A model generated the notes under the pieces. That model was not told the DNA's origin. It worked only from the letters and a program-made list of their open reading frames with translations, and ran no database searches. Below are positions 26,127 through 39,764 of a stretch of DNA of 64,000 nucleotides, piece by piece; position 1 is the first letter of the stretch; the number at the start of each line of letters is the position of its first letter. The DNA comes from Octopus sinensis (Eukaryota). The stretch is taken from NCBI RefSeq assembly GCF_006345805.1, contig NC_043003.1, forward strand, positions 14,818,001 through 14,882,000, written 5' to 3'. The position numbers and the translations under genes are program-made.

Positions 26127-28868
26127 AGGTACGAGGTAGTCAGAGTAAGTGATAGAGTACTTAAGATTAGATTAGTGCTTCACCATAGGTCAGCTACTAT
26201 CATCTCGGCATATGCCCCTCAACCAGGGCTACCAGAAGGACAAAAAGACCAATTCTATGACACCTTATTGCGGACTACCTCGTTGACAAATGACAGTGAC
26301 CTTCTCTTCGTGGCAGGTGATTTCAATGGACATGTTGGACGGCATGTCGGGGGCTTCCATGGCGTGCATGGAGGCTACGGTTTTGGCTCTCGTAATGAGG
26401 AGGGAACCAGGCTGCTGGAGTTCTGCGATGCAAATGACCTTATGGTCTGCAATACCAACTTCAGGAAACCCACCTCTCACCTAGTCACCTACTGTTCTGG
26501 CAGACACACTAGCCAGATTGACTACATCCTTGCCAGAAGAAGGGAAAGAGGGCTGCTTATAAATGCCAAAACCTTTCCAGGCGAAGAATGTACTCCTCAA
26601 CATAGATTAGTAGTTAGCGACTTCAGGATCAGAGCTAAATGGTTGCCCAGAAGAAGACCTGCTTGGAGGAGAAGGGTCTGGAAGCTTAAAGATCCTGCAA
26701 ATGGACAGAGATTTAGAGACATACTACTCGAAGCCTTTGACGAAATAGAAGGGGATATAGCTTCACTTAATGTGGAAAGCAACTGGAGATTTCTACGGGA
26801 CAATCTGCTGACAGCCACTGACCAGATCTGTGGATGGAGCAAAGTACCGTCTCGACCCAGAGTAACATGGTGGTGGAACACTGTGGTTGACAGGGCTATT
26901 AGACAAAAGAGACAGGCTTGGAAGGACTGGAAGAACGGTGGTAGCAGGGAATGGTATCTGACAGCCAGAAGGGAAGCTAGGAGACAGGTTTATTTAGCCA
27001 GAGGAGAAGCGGATAAGAAAAAATTTGCCAATGTTCTGAGCCGTGAGGATGAAAGACTTGAGGTATTTCGTGTTGCAAGACAGTGTGTGAGAGAGAATCG
27101 TGATGTGGTAGGAAAGAAGTGTGTTCGCATGGATGATGGTTCACTTGCGCTAAATGAGGATGCAAAGAGAGAGGTTTGGAGATGCCACTATGAAAGGTTG
27201 CTGAATAAAGAAAATGAATGGGATAAAGAGAGTCTGCCGAATGTTGACCCAACAGAGGGACCAGCTATCCGAATTGATAGTTCCGTGGTAGCCAAGGCAA
27301 TTAGAAGCATGAAGACAGGGAAAGCCCCAGGCCCATCAGGAATTACTGCAGAGATGCTCAAAATATCTGGCAGTGTCGGCTATAACCTAGTCACCCGTAT
27401 AGTCAACCAGGTGATACACGAAGGAGTCATACCCAATGACTGGTGCAGCAGCATACTAGTCAACTGCTACAAAGGTAAAGGTGATGCCCTAGATACAAAT
27501 AATTACAGAGGTATCAAGCTGTTGGATCAAGTAATGAAGGTTACGGAGAGGGTCATAGCCCAACTAATTAGAGAGAGAGTTAGTTTAGATGAGATGCAGT
27601 TTGGGTTCGTGCCAGGGAAAAGTACCACTGATGCTATATTCCTGGTAAGGCAGCTGCAGGAGAAATACCTAGCCAAAGATAAGCCCCTATACCTGGCTTT
27701 CGTTGACATGGAGAAAGCTTTTGATAGGGTCCCTCGATCCCTTATCTGGTGGTCAATGAGGAAACTAGGGATAGATGAATGGCTGGTGAGGACTGTGCAA
27801 GCCATGTACAGAGATGCCGTAAGTAAGGTTAGGGTTGGCAACATGTACACAGAAGAATTCAAAGTAGAGGTTGGGGTCTACCAGGGTTCAGTACTCAGCC
27901 CCCTCCTATTTATCATAGTACTCCAGGCAATTACGGAGGAATTCAAGACAGGCTGTCCCTGGGAGCTCCTCTACGCTAACGACCTTGCTCTTATTGCTGA
28001 GTCACTATCAGAACTGGAGGAGAAGTTCCAGGTGTGGAAGGAGGGTTTAGAATCAAGGGGCCTTAGAGTCAACCTAGCTAAAACCAAAGTACTAATAAGT
28101 AGGAAGGTAGACAATCCACAAATGTCTTCAGGAAGATGGCCCTGCTCGATCTGTAGAAAAGGCGTAGGTAGAAACTCTATAAGATGTACCCAGTGTAAGC
28201 TATGGACACATAAGAGGTGCAGCAATGTCAAAAGTAGGCTAACTGGGAAGATAGTTTTTGTATGTGGCAGATGCTCGGGAGCATTAACCACCGAAAATCT
28301 GCAGAAAACAACTTCCGTCACTTTCCAGGGGGAAAAACTAGAAGTAGTTGATAGCTTCCGTTATCTAGGTGACCAAGTCAGTAGTGGGGGTGGGTGCACT
28401 GAAAGTGTAACTGCTAGAATAAGAATAGCCTGGGCAAAGTTTAGGGAGCTCTTACCTCTGCTGGTGACTAAAGGCCTCTCGCTCAGAGTAAAAGGTAGAC
28501 TGTATGATGCGTGTGTACGAACACCCATGCTACATGGCAGTGAAACATGGGCCGTGACTGCTGAGGACATGCGTAAGCTCGTGAGGAATGAAGCCAGTAT
28601 GCTCCGATGGATGTGTAATGTCAGTGTACATACTCGACAGAGCGTTAGCACCTTGAGAGAAATGTTGTACCTAAGAAGCATCAGTTGTGGTGTGCAAGAG
28701 AGACGATTGCGCTGGTATGGTCATGTGGCGAGAATGGATGAAGATAGGTGTGTGAAAAAGTGCCAATCCCTAGCAGTTGAGGGAACCCGTGGAAGAGGTA
28801 GACCCAGGAAAACCTGGGACGAGGTGGTGAAGCACGACCTTCGAACTTTAGGCCTCACTGAGGAATGA
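26127..28868 (+). CDS. RTE ORF (partial APE + RT + PHD-like finger); open frame but no true start codon and probably RT-dead (YAND)
   Basis: The frame of track ORF 26175..28868 stays open upstream to the microsatellite (..EVVRVSDRVLKIRLVLHHRSATIISAYAPQ). YAND lies at 27972-27983 and the C4HC3 motif at 28143-28274. Confidence 0.85.
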   Translation, partial: RYEVVRVSDRVLKIRLVLHHRSATIISAYAPQPGLPEGQKDQFYDTLLRTTSLTNDSDLLFVAGDFNGHVGRHVGGFHGVHGGYGFGSRNEEGTRLLEFCDANDLMVCNTNFRKPTSHLVTYCSGRHTSQIDYILARRRERGLLINAKTFPGEECTPQHRLVVSDFRIRAKWLPRRRPAWRRRVWKLKDPANGQRFRDILLEAFDEIEGDIASLNVESNWRFLRDNLLTATDQICGWSKVPSRPRVTWWWNTVVDRAIRQKRQAWKDWKNGGSREWYLTARREARRQVYLARGEADKKKFANVLSREDERLEVFRVARQCVRENRDVVGKKCVRMDDGSLALNEDAKREVWRCHYERLLNKENEWDKESLPNVDPTEGPAIRIDSSVVAKAIRSMKTGKAPGPSGITAEMLKISGSVGYNLVTRIVNQVIHEGVIPNDWCSSILVNCYKGKGDALDTNNYRGIKLLDQVMKVTERVIAQLIRERVSLDEMQFGFVPGKSTTDAIFLVRQLQEKYLAKDKPLYLAFVDMEKAFDRVPRSLIWWSMRKLGIDEWLVRTVQAMYRDAVSKVRVGNMYTEEFKVEVGVYQGSVLSPLLFIIVLQAITEEFKTGCPWELLYANDLALIAESLSELEEKFQVWKEGLESRGLRVNLAKTKVLISRKVDNPQMSSGRWPCSICRKGVGRNSIRCTQCKLWTHKRCSNVKSRLTGKIVFVCGRCSGALTTENLQKTTSVTFQGEKLEVVDSFRYLGDQVSSGGGCTESVTARIRIAWAKFRELLPLLVTKGLSLRVKGRLYDACVRTPMLHGSETWAVTAEDMRKLVRNEASMLRWMCNVSVHTRQSVSTLREMLYLRSISCGVQERRLRWYGHVARMDEDRCVKKCQSLAVEGTRGRGRPRKTWDEVVKHDLRTLGLTEE

Positions 28869-29579
28869 CCAGCGACCGAGACCTTTGGAAATATTCTGTA
28901 CGTGAGAAGACCAGGCAGGACAAGTGAGCCCAGCCCACTTATGAATGCCTTTCCTCCCTTGGACACAAAGACCTGTTGAGGCAAGCGAAGTCGATATAGA
29001 ACCTCATCCGACGACAGACACCCATGCCAACCCCCCCTGCTTGCGAAGACATGTTGGGGCAAGCGAAATCGAAACCGAATTGAACCAGCCAGGATCCCTG
29101 GTCTGGTGGTACGTATAAAGCACTATCCGACTCGTGGCCGTGGCACGTAAAATACTCCAATGCGACCGTACGACAGGCACCCATGCCAACCCCCTTTGCT
29201 TGTGAAGACATGTTGGGGCAAGCGAAATCGAAATCGAATTGAACCAGCCAGGATCCCTGGTCTGGTGGTACGTAAAAAGCACTATCCGACTCGTGGCCGA
29301 TGCCAGCACCGCCTCGACTGGCTTCCATGCCGGTGGCACATAAAATACACCAATCCGACCGTGGCCGTTGCCAGCCTCGCCTGGCACCTGTGCAGGTGGC
29401 ACGTAAAAAGCACCCACTACACTCACGGAGTGGTTGGCATTAGGAAGGGCATCCAGCTGTAGAAACATTGCCAGATTAGCCTGGAGCCTGGTGCAGCCTT
29501 CTGGCTTCCCAGAACCCCGGTCGAACCGTCCAACCCATGCTAGCATGGAGAACGGACGTTAAACGATGATGATGATGAT
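26127..29579 (+). mobile_element. RTE-clade LINE, 5'-truncated within the APE endonuclease, complete 3' UTR and (GAT)n tail, inserted in an (ATT)n tract
   Basis: ORF has APE motifs (IISAYAPQ, AGDFNGHVG, SQIDYIL) and RT motifs (KGKGD..YRGIKLL, QFGF, FVDMEKAFDRV, QGSVLSP, FRYLG, HGSETW). The 3' UTR contains GGAAGGGCATCCAGCTGTAGAAA and ends in GAT repeats. Confidence 0.93.
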
Positions 29580-29598
29580 TATTATTATTATTATTATT

Positions 29599-30152
29599 GA
29601 GTGAGAGAGCAGTTCATGCCATCAAAGTGACACTGGGGTAAAATATACGAAGCCCAATATACCCATCATGACTACCCGTCTGATAAAGGTACACCAGGCA
29701 CATGCATCACAACCATATGTGCGCGACATGGTGATCTCATATCAAGATAAACAGCACATGACCTTGCAGGTGGGGCCAGTTAGAATTTTCTTCATTTTGA
29801 GTAGCCCATCCTGCTCAAACGGTCCCTGAATAAGGGTTGTTTAAGGATGTTGAAAGAACCACCCATGTTTCCAGAGGTGAACTATTCAAACCCCAAAGAA
29901 TCCCTCTCAACACATGGCTATGATGCTCCCCCACTACTTCTGCTCGTGATCAGAGATGCACATATCGTCAGCCACTAAGGAACATGCTCAACTGGTTAAG
30001 GTCAAACAACTGACAAGCAAATCTGTGGTATTGAGCAGAATATTTGCTGTAGCCCATCTTTTATACCAAGACAAAACAATGTACATGATAACACTTCCAA
30101 TCAGTTAAGATCAGAAGCCATGAGAGCCACTGCCTGGTACTGCATCAGGGCA

Positions 30153-30153
<1 letters not shown>
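29599..30153. mobile_element. ~555-bp non-coding interspersed element in (ATT)n, copy 2
   Basis: Highly similar to copies 1 and 3 and flanked by ATT repeats. Confidence 0.85.
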
Positions 30154-30192
<39 letters not shown>

Positions 30193-30273
30193 GTTATTAT
30201 TATATTATTAGTATTATTAGTATTATTATTATTATATTATTATTATTGTTATTATTATTATTATTATTATATA

Positions 30274-30342
<69 letters not shown>

Positions 30343-30345
<3 letters not shown>

Positions 30346-30610
30346 CATGTTTGACTTTTGCTTTACATTTGCACAAGTTGGCTCCAAGTCTCACCCAGAG
30401 ACCTCAAGAGACAACAGGTTGGAAGTTTGTGTTGGTGTTATGCCTAGGGTGCCATATATTTCATTTTGTACTTAGTGTTGTACTAGTGAATGCCTAAAAA
30501 ACCATACGAAAATTATGTTTGTTTTAAAACTTGAGATTACATAGAAAGTATTTTGCGTAGGATATGAGCAGTTCCCATGAGCACTATCTTTTGAATTTCT
30601 GCCATTTTTT
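30343..30610 (-). mobile_element. R4/Dong short 3' fragment, same family as 24584-25700
   Basis: Encodes KMAEIQKIVLMGTAHILRKILSM* and has a near-identical 3' UTR. Confidence 0.85.
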
Positions 30611-30611
30611 A

Positions 30612-30667
<56 letters not shown>

Positions 30668-30681
30668 TATTATTATTATTA

Positions 30682-32750
<2,069 letters not shown>

Positions 32751-32784
32751 TTGGTTATTATTATTATTATTATTATTATTGTTA

Positions 32785-34163
32785 CTTTTTTTTCTTCTTT
32801 CAAATTTGCTTCCATTTCTTGCCGAGTGTCTTCCCAACTCCTAGGGCAAAGAAACTCATAGTATACATTGGTAGGCCATTAAACCAAACTCAATAGTTCG
32901 TTCATTTAAAAAAAAATTTTTTTTTTTTAAAGTTAAATTAAAATACATGAGCAGCAACAGTTCTCACATCGACAATGCTCTTCTCAATACGTGTGATGTA
33001 CCAGTTAAGACAATCTTTTGCACTTCTTGCAGGGATGGTAAGCCATGGATCATTCTCATATAATTTTCGGTTCCCTTCTTGATCATTCCTAGTGCTCCTA
33101 CGATCACTGGTATTGTAACCGCCTTGAGATGCCACATTTTCTCAATTTCAATGAGTAGGTCTTTATATTTTCTGAGCTTGTCAAACTCTTTCGCTGAGAT
33201 ATGATCACAGGGGATGCTCATGTCGATCAATAAGCAAACTTTATTGTTTTGGTCTTTCACAACAATATCTGGTTTATTGGCCTTGGTGGTTCAGTCTGTA
33301 TGTACTGGAAAGTCCCACAGAATGGTTACATTTTCTCCTTCAGTTACAGCCTCAGGGTGGTGATTATACCACTTGTCGGCAGTTTTGATATTGTAATGCC
33401 GACTTATTAGCCAGTGTAGATATTGGCCAACTCTGTCATGTCTTAATTTATACTCCACTGGTGCTAAGACTTTACATCCAGAGATTAGGTGGTCCACTGT
33501 TTCAATCATGTCGTTGCAGAATCGGCATTTTGGGTCTGCTCCATTTTTCATCACATTGGCCTGGTAGTTCCGGGTTAATAGGCTTTGATCTTGAGCAGCC
33601 AGGATGAAACCTTCGCTCTCTGCTTTTAACCCTGAGCTCCGTAGCCACTGATGGGTTTGCTTCTGGTCAACATCAGCTTGTTTGCTGCGGGCCACATATT
33701 TGCCTTGCAGAGGTTTCTCCTCCCACCTATCAGCCAATTGCTCGTGCGCTTTTTTCGTTGCCATCATTTTCACCTTCTTTGCAACAATAGTTGCCGTATT
33801 TCCTCGGGTTGTTCAGTTTGGGTATCCTGCACGAGATCAATAGCAAATTTTTTGCTTTCCTTTATGATAGAATGAAGCTTCTTTCATCTCTCATGATTTT
33901 CCACAAGCTTTAGCATCCAGTCATTTGTTATTTCAAGATATTTGGCCAGTCCAATTGTGGTTGTTTTGTAAGCCAGTTCAAATTGGATCAGGCCTCGACC
34001 TCCTTGGGCTCTGGGAAGGTAAAGGTGATCTACGTCTGCCTTTGGGTGGTGCATCCTATTACAACTCAGCAGCTTGCGTATTTTCCTATCTATATTCTTT
34101 ACTTCACTCATATTCCAGTTCAACGTATTGTAGCTATAAGTAACAACTGGAACTGCTAAGGAA
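32785..34163 (-). mobile_element. R4/Dong 3' fragment, another family, disrupted
   Basis: Encodes MHHPKADVDHLYLPRAQGGRGL, CRFC..ETVDHLISGC, RHDRV, LWDFPVHTD, PDIVVKD..LLIDMSIP and GTSHVLRRALSM*. Confidence 0.9.
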
Positions 34164-34556
34164 TTATTATTGTTATTATTGTTATTATTGTTATTATTGT
34201 TATTATTATTATTATTATTACTATTATTATTATTATTATTATTATTATCATTAAGGCAGTGAACAATGATGATGATGATGTTAACACACTGGATGAAATG
34301 GTATTTCTCCTGTCGCTATGTTCTGAGTTCAAATTATACTCAGGTCAACTTTACTTTCATTCTTTTATAGTCACTTAAATAAGTACCAGTTATGCACTGG
34401 GGGTGATGTAATTGCTCAAAAATTCCAGGCTTTGGGCCTATAATAAAAAAGATTATTATTATTATTATTACTCTTATTATTAGTATTATTATTATTATTA
34501 TTATTGTTGTTGTTGTTGTTGTTGTTATTATTATTATTATTATTATTATTTTTATT

Positions 34557-35186
34557 GAGTGAGAGAGCGGTTCATGCCATCAAAGTGACACTGGGGTAAA
34601 ATATACGAAGCCCAATATACCCATCATGACTACCCGTCTGATAAGGGTACACCAGGCACATGCATCACAACCATATGTGCGCAACATGGTGATCTCATAT
34701 CAAGATAAACAGCACATGACCTTGCAGGTGGGGCCCAGTTAGAATTTTCTTCTGGTTGAGTAGCTCATCCTGCTCAAAAGGTCCCTGAATAAGGATTGTT
34801 TAAGGATGTTGAAAGAACCACCCATGTTTCTAGAGGTGAATTATTCAAACCCCAAAGAATCCTTCTCAACACATGGCTATGATGCTCCCCCACTACTTCT
34901 GCTCGTGATCAGAGATGCACATATCGTCAGCCACTAAGGGACATGCTCAACTGGTTAAAGTCAAACAACTGACAAGCAAATCTCTGGTATTGAGCAGAAT
35001 ATTTGCTGTAGCCCATCTTTTATACCAAAACAAAACAATGTACATGATAACACTTCCAATCAGTTAAGATCAGAAGCCATGAGAGCTACTGCCTGGTACT
35101 GCATCAGGGCATTGGTACTGCATCAGGGCATTTATACTGCATCAGGGCATTTATACTGCATCAGGGCATTGGTACTGCATCAGGGC

Positions 35187-35189
<3 letters not shown>
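34557..35189. mobile_element. ~555-bp non-coding interspersed element, copy 3, with five tandem copies of its terminal 19-mer
   Basis: Same body as the other copies; (GG/TA)TACTGCATCAGGGCATT occurs five times at 35095-35189. Confidence 0.85.
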
Positions 35190-35240
<51 letters not shown>

Positions 35241-35241
<1 letters not shown>

Positions 35242-35465
35242 AGCTGTCAGAATCATTAGCACACCGGGCGAAATGCTTAGCAGTATTTCTTCTGTCTTTA
35301 TGTTCTGAGTTCAAATTCTGCTGAGGTCTAGTTTGCCTTTCATCCTTTCAGGGTCGATAAATTAAGTACCTGTTGTGTACTGGGGTCAATCTAATCGATT
35401 GGCCTCCCCACTCCCACCAATTTCAGACCTTGTGCTTAGAGTAGAAAGGATTATTATTATTACTA

Positions 35466-35553
<88 letters not shown>

Positions 35554-35776
35554 AGCTGTCAGAATCATTAGCACACCGGGCGAATGCTTAGCAGTATTTC
35601 TTCTGTCTTTATGTTCTGAGTTCAAATTCTGCTGAGGTCTAGTTTGCCTTCATCCTTTCAGGGTCGATAAATTAAGTACCTGTTGTGTACTGGGGTCAAT
35701 CTAATCGATTGGCCTCCCCACTCCCACCAAATTTCAGACCTTGTGCTTAGAGTAGAAAGGATTATTATTATTACTA

Positions 35777-35841
<65 letters not shown>

Positions 35842-35870
35842 GTGCTTAGAGTAGAAAGGATTATTATTAT
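35241..35870 (+). repeat. 312-bp tandem duplication of SINE-B plus (ATT)n
   Basis: Units at 35241 and 35553 share private variants. Confidence 0.85.
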
Positions 35871-36825
35871 TATTATTATTTTACTTTTTGTGATTTTTTT
35901 TTATATACTTATCTAACGATTTCTTCATCTGGAGTTTGTGAGGTGGGGTGCTTACTTTCCATATGAGGAAGTGTTTCGCAAAAAAAAAAAAAAAGAATTA
36001 TTAAAACATATTCGTGAAATTTCCTGAGTCCTTAAGTAAAACTGCTGTATTCTGACAGCAGAACAATTACTTTAACTTCCATTAATACAAGCTCTTAAAG
36101 AACACTTCATCACTTCATATATTCTTGGGCTCTTACTTAACAATAAACAAGCGATAATAATAACACAAGATAAAACATATATAAAAAAAATAAAATTGGA
36201 GATAATAAATCAATGAAAAATTAGAATAAACGCACAAAAATTAAAAACAATGAAAAAATACTTTGTTTTTTTTTTAATATATTTCATATTTATAAAATGA
36301 TTAATATAAAAATACATAAAGTGATTCAAATATATATTTAAAAAAAAAAAATTTTTGCGTGTTTTGTGAATTTGTTTTTTTAATTTAATCTTTTCCATTA
36401 TATTATTTTCCTGTGTTTTCTCATTAGAAGAAAATAATTACAAAGAAAATAAAAAAAAAATTTGTTAGGAAATTAAATTATTCCTAGTATATATTTGCAT
36501 TGAATATGTTGTCTAAATATTATCAACCCGAAATAACTTGAGTTTTTATTAGAGACATTTAAAAAAAAAGCAAAACAAGAAAAAAAAATGAATAAATAAA
36601 AAAATAAATAAAAATTTCCCATCATGCAATAGCTTATAGGTGCTGTAATAAATAAATATTGATTTCTCTCATTGGCACAAAAACCATAGGCTTCTTGTGA
36701 AAGAGCGTAGCTAAATGAATCCTTTCCTACATAGATTCCTGTCACTTGTTGTCAATCATTTTACGGAAACACCGTCTATTACAACAACAACAACAGTACA
36801 GCAGCAGTAGCAGCAGCAGCAGCAA

Positions 36826-37200
36826 GTGGAGGCATAATGGCCCAGTGGTTAGGGCAGCGGACTCACGGTCGGAGGATCGCGGTTTCGATTCCCAGACTGG
36901 GCGTTGTGTGTGTTTATTGAGCGAACACACCTAAAGCTCCACGAGGCTCCGGCAGGGGGTGATGGCGATCCCTGTTGTACTCTTTCGCTCCAACTTTTTC
37001 TCACTCTTTCTTCCTGTTTCTTGTCCCCAACTTCCTATGCAACCACTGAGCCTGGATGTGCATTCTTCCATCCGTCGATGCTCTCAGTGTCGGGGTTGAC
37101 CTGCTTTCTCTTCTGCAGGTCTTACGAATAGCAAAGGACCACATTTTGGACTTCTCCCACTAATGGGACGAAGACCGTTTCGCTCAACAAACAAACAAGC
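36826..37200 (+). mobile_element. SINE-C head and body with an alternative tail; a head-only copy lies at 37540-37680(-)
   Basis: First ~190 nt match 44981; the 3' part differs and ends in (AAAC)n. Confidence 0.75.
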
Positions 37201-37267
37201 AGCAGTAGCAGCAGCAACAACAACGACGATAATGATGATGAAATAATGATAATGATAATATTAATAC

Positions 37268-37530
37268 AAAGAAGAATTTGGAGTACGAAAGCTGTAAAGG
37301 TTGTGCCTGTAATAATTGGGGCATTACGATCTGTGAATAATGCGTTCTACACAAATAGTTGAAGGAGATTGGAATAGAATGTTCCGTAGAGCTTCTACAG
37401 AAGGTTTGCCTCTTAGGGACAGGAAAGATTATCACAAGGGTTTTGAGCACTTGAAAGACTATTGAATGATTGTGGATACCTAAGGTTACAGGTAATAAAT
37501 CCTACAAGGAATATGATCAAACCTGAGTTT
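37268..37530 (+). mobile_element. R4/Dong-type C-terminal fragment, decayed
   Basis: Encodes IWSTKAVKVVPVIIGAL, then after a frameshift LKEIGIECSVELLQKVCLLGTGKIITRVLST*. Preceded by an AAT/GAT tract on the plus strand. Confidence 0.7.
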
Positions 37531-38659
37531 AAATCGAATCCACCACCCTCTGCAGGAGGCTCGTGGAGCTTTAGGTGTTTTCGCTCAATAAACACACACA
37601 ATGCCTGGTCTGGGAATCGAAACTGCAATCCTCCAACTGCGAGTCCACTGCCCTAACCACTGGGCCATTGCACTTCCACTGTCAGGAATTATAGGTCTAT
37701 TAAATTTCACCAAGGTCGACTTTGCCTTTCATCCTTTCAGGGTCGATAAATTAAGTACCAGCTGAGTACTGGGGTCGATGTAGTCGACTTATCCCCCCGC
37801 CCCCAAATTTCAGGCCTTGTGCCTATAGTAGAAAGGATTATAGGTCTATTGCATGTTTACCATTATTCTGGAAATTTATAGGCTTCATGGTAGATGAAAT
37901 GTAAAGCTTTCTGGTAAAGGAGAGCCTGTTGCTAGGGAAATGAGATGACTGCAGAAAGAAGTTAAGAGGAACTGATGATCTGTTGTATAGTGATAGCATG
38001 ATACTAAGTGAAGTAGGAATAAGAAAGAACTTAGTTTTTGGTTGGTTGATGTACAAGAAAGCATACAATAGCATAGTGTAGTGTTGGCTCTTGGAATGCC
38101 AGAGGATATTTGAAGGTGAATGAGAAGTTTACCACCACCACCACCACCACCATCACCATCACCACCACCATCATCATCGATATCATCACCACCACTACCA
38201 TAAACACCACCATTACGAACACTGCCGCCACCTCTACCATTATCATCATCTCCATCATCTTTGTAGTCATTGTCATCGTCGTCATTGTCATCGTCGTCAT
38301 TGTCATCGTCGTCGTCGTCATCATCATCATTACCATCATCACCACCAACATCATCATCGATATCATCACCACAACTACCATGAACATTACCATTACAAAC
38401 ACCACTGCCACCACTGCCATCATCATCTCCATCATCATTGTCGTCATTGTTGTCATCGTCGTCATTGTCATCACCATCATCACCATCATCATCATCATCA
38501 TTGATATCATCACCACCACTACCATGAACATCACCATTACAAACACCACTGCCACCACTGCCATCGTCATCATCATCTCCATCATCATTGTTATCATTGT
38601 CATCGTCGTCGTCATCATCATCACCATCATCACCATCATCATCATCATCATCATCATCC

Positions 38660-39300
38660 TTGAAGATCAGTATTGCAATATTACGTTTGAAAAACTATGT
38701 TGTGCATAGTTAACAGAAAAATACTGTCTGCAGCCAGAAATATCCAAAAAGTTGCTGAAACAGTAAGAAAATTCTAGAACAAAAAGAAGAATGACAGGAC
38801 AAATTGTCGGAAAGAAAAGAGCTACTGACCTTTGGAACCGTACGTAATTTCCCGCTGATCCTAGCAACAATTATGTTTGCCTTTGATGGCAGTTTTGATA
38901 GAAATGTTGCAATAAAATTTTTTGTATAGAAATGAATGTATTTTCTATATATATCCCAAGGTGGTATTTCCTACCAGTTGGCATTCTATATTGTTTCAGC
39001 AACTGCATTACGCTGCTTTGGAATAATATCTTAATGACAATTTTGAGCAGTTGCAGATCAAATGTCCAATACGTTCCATAGAAATGTGATATAATCATCA
39101 GTTTTGGTCGCATCTTGGTGAAACAGCCTCTTTTGTTTATTAAGTATTTTATTACCATTTTCTGCTCTTGAACTGCAAAAGGATAACTTTAAAATTGGGA
39201 TGTGATCTCAGGATCAATAGGCCAAGGGGAGCTACACTTCTTGTAGATGTTAGCATCATCTGCATGTTTAGAAGAGAAAACTTGTACATAATTTTATTCA
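38660..39300 (-). mobile_element. Possible ancient LINE RT remnant
   Basis: Minus frames give HADDANIY and RKYHLGIYI in RT order, with many stops and shifts. Confidence 0.3.
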
Positions 39301-39339
39301 GAATTGTTAGCGCGCCAGAATAAATGCTTAGCAGTATTT

Positions 39340-39695
39340 CACCCATAAGAGCACGCCGGGTGAAATGCGTAGCCGTATTTCATCTGTTGCTACGTTCTGA
39401 GTTCAAATTCCGCCGAGGTCGACTTTGCCTTTCATACTTTCGGGGTCGATTATATAAGTACCAGTTACGCACTGGGGTCGTTGTCTGTCCTTGTTTGTCC
39501 TCTCTGTGTGTAGCCCCTTGTGGATTGTAAAGAAATAGGTATTTCACCCATCACTACGTTCTGAGTTCAAATTCCGCCAAGGTCGACTTTGCCTTTCATC
39601 CTTTCGGGGTTGATAAATTAAGTACCAGTGAAATTCTGGGATCACTGTAATTGAGTGGCCTAAAATTTCAGGCGTTGTGCCTCTAATAGAAAGGA
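39340..39695 (+). mobile_element. SINE-B dimeric form
   Basis: Same architecture as 4588-4990. Confidence 0.75.
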
Positions 39696-39764
39696 TTCTG
39701 ATGTGCAAAGTGTTTCTCCTCCCAATCTTTGATGAAATACGTTGGTCCAGAAGTTCTGCTGGTG

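Noticed and set aside
26265-29546. Antisense and alternate-frame ORFs over the RTE (and plus-strand ORFs over the R4 copies)
   Set aside because: They are shadows of the real coding frame or UTR repeats.
30060-30153. HDV-like or hammerhead fold at the end of the 555-bp element
   Set aside because: A P3/L3-like hairpin (GGC-UCUCAUG-GCU) exists, but P1, P1.1 and P2 could not be built by eye and no GAAA box follows CUGAUG. It is unsupported without a proper search.
36826-36900. tRNA genes at SINE heads
   Set aside because: The cloverleafs are degenerate and continue into SINE bodies.
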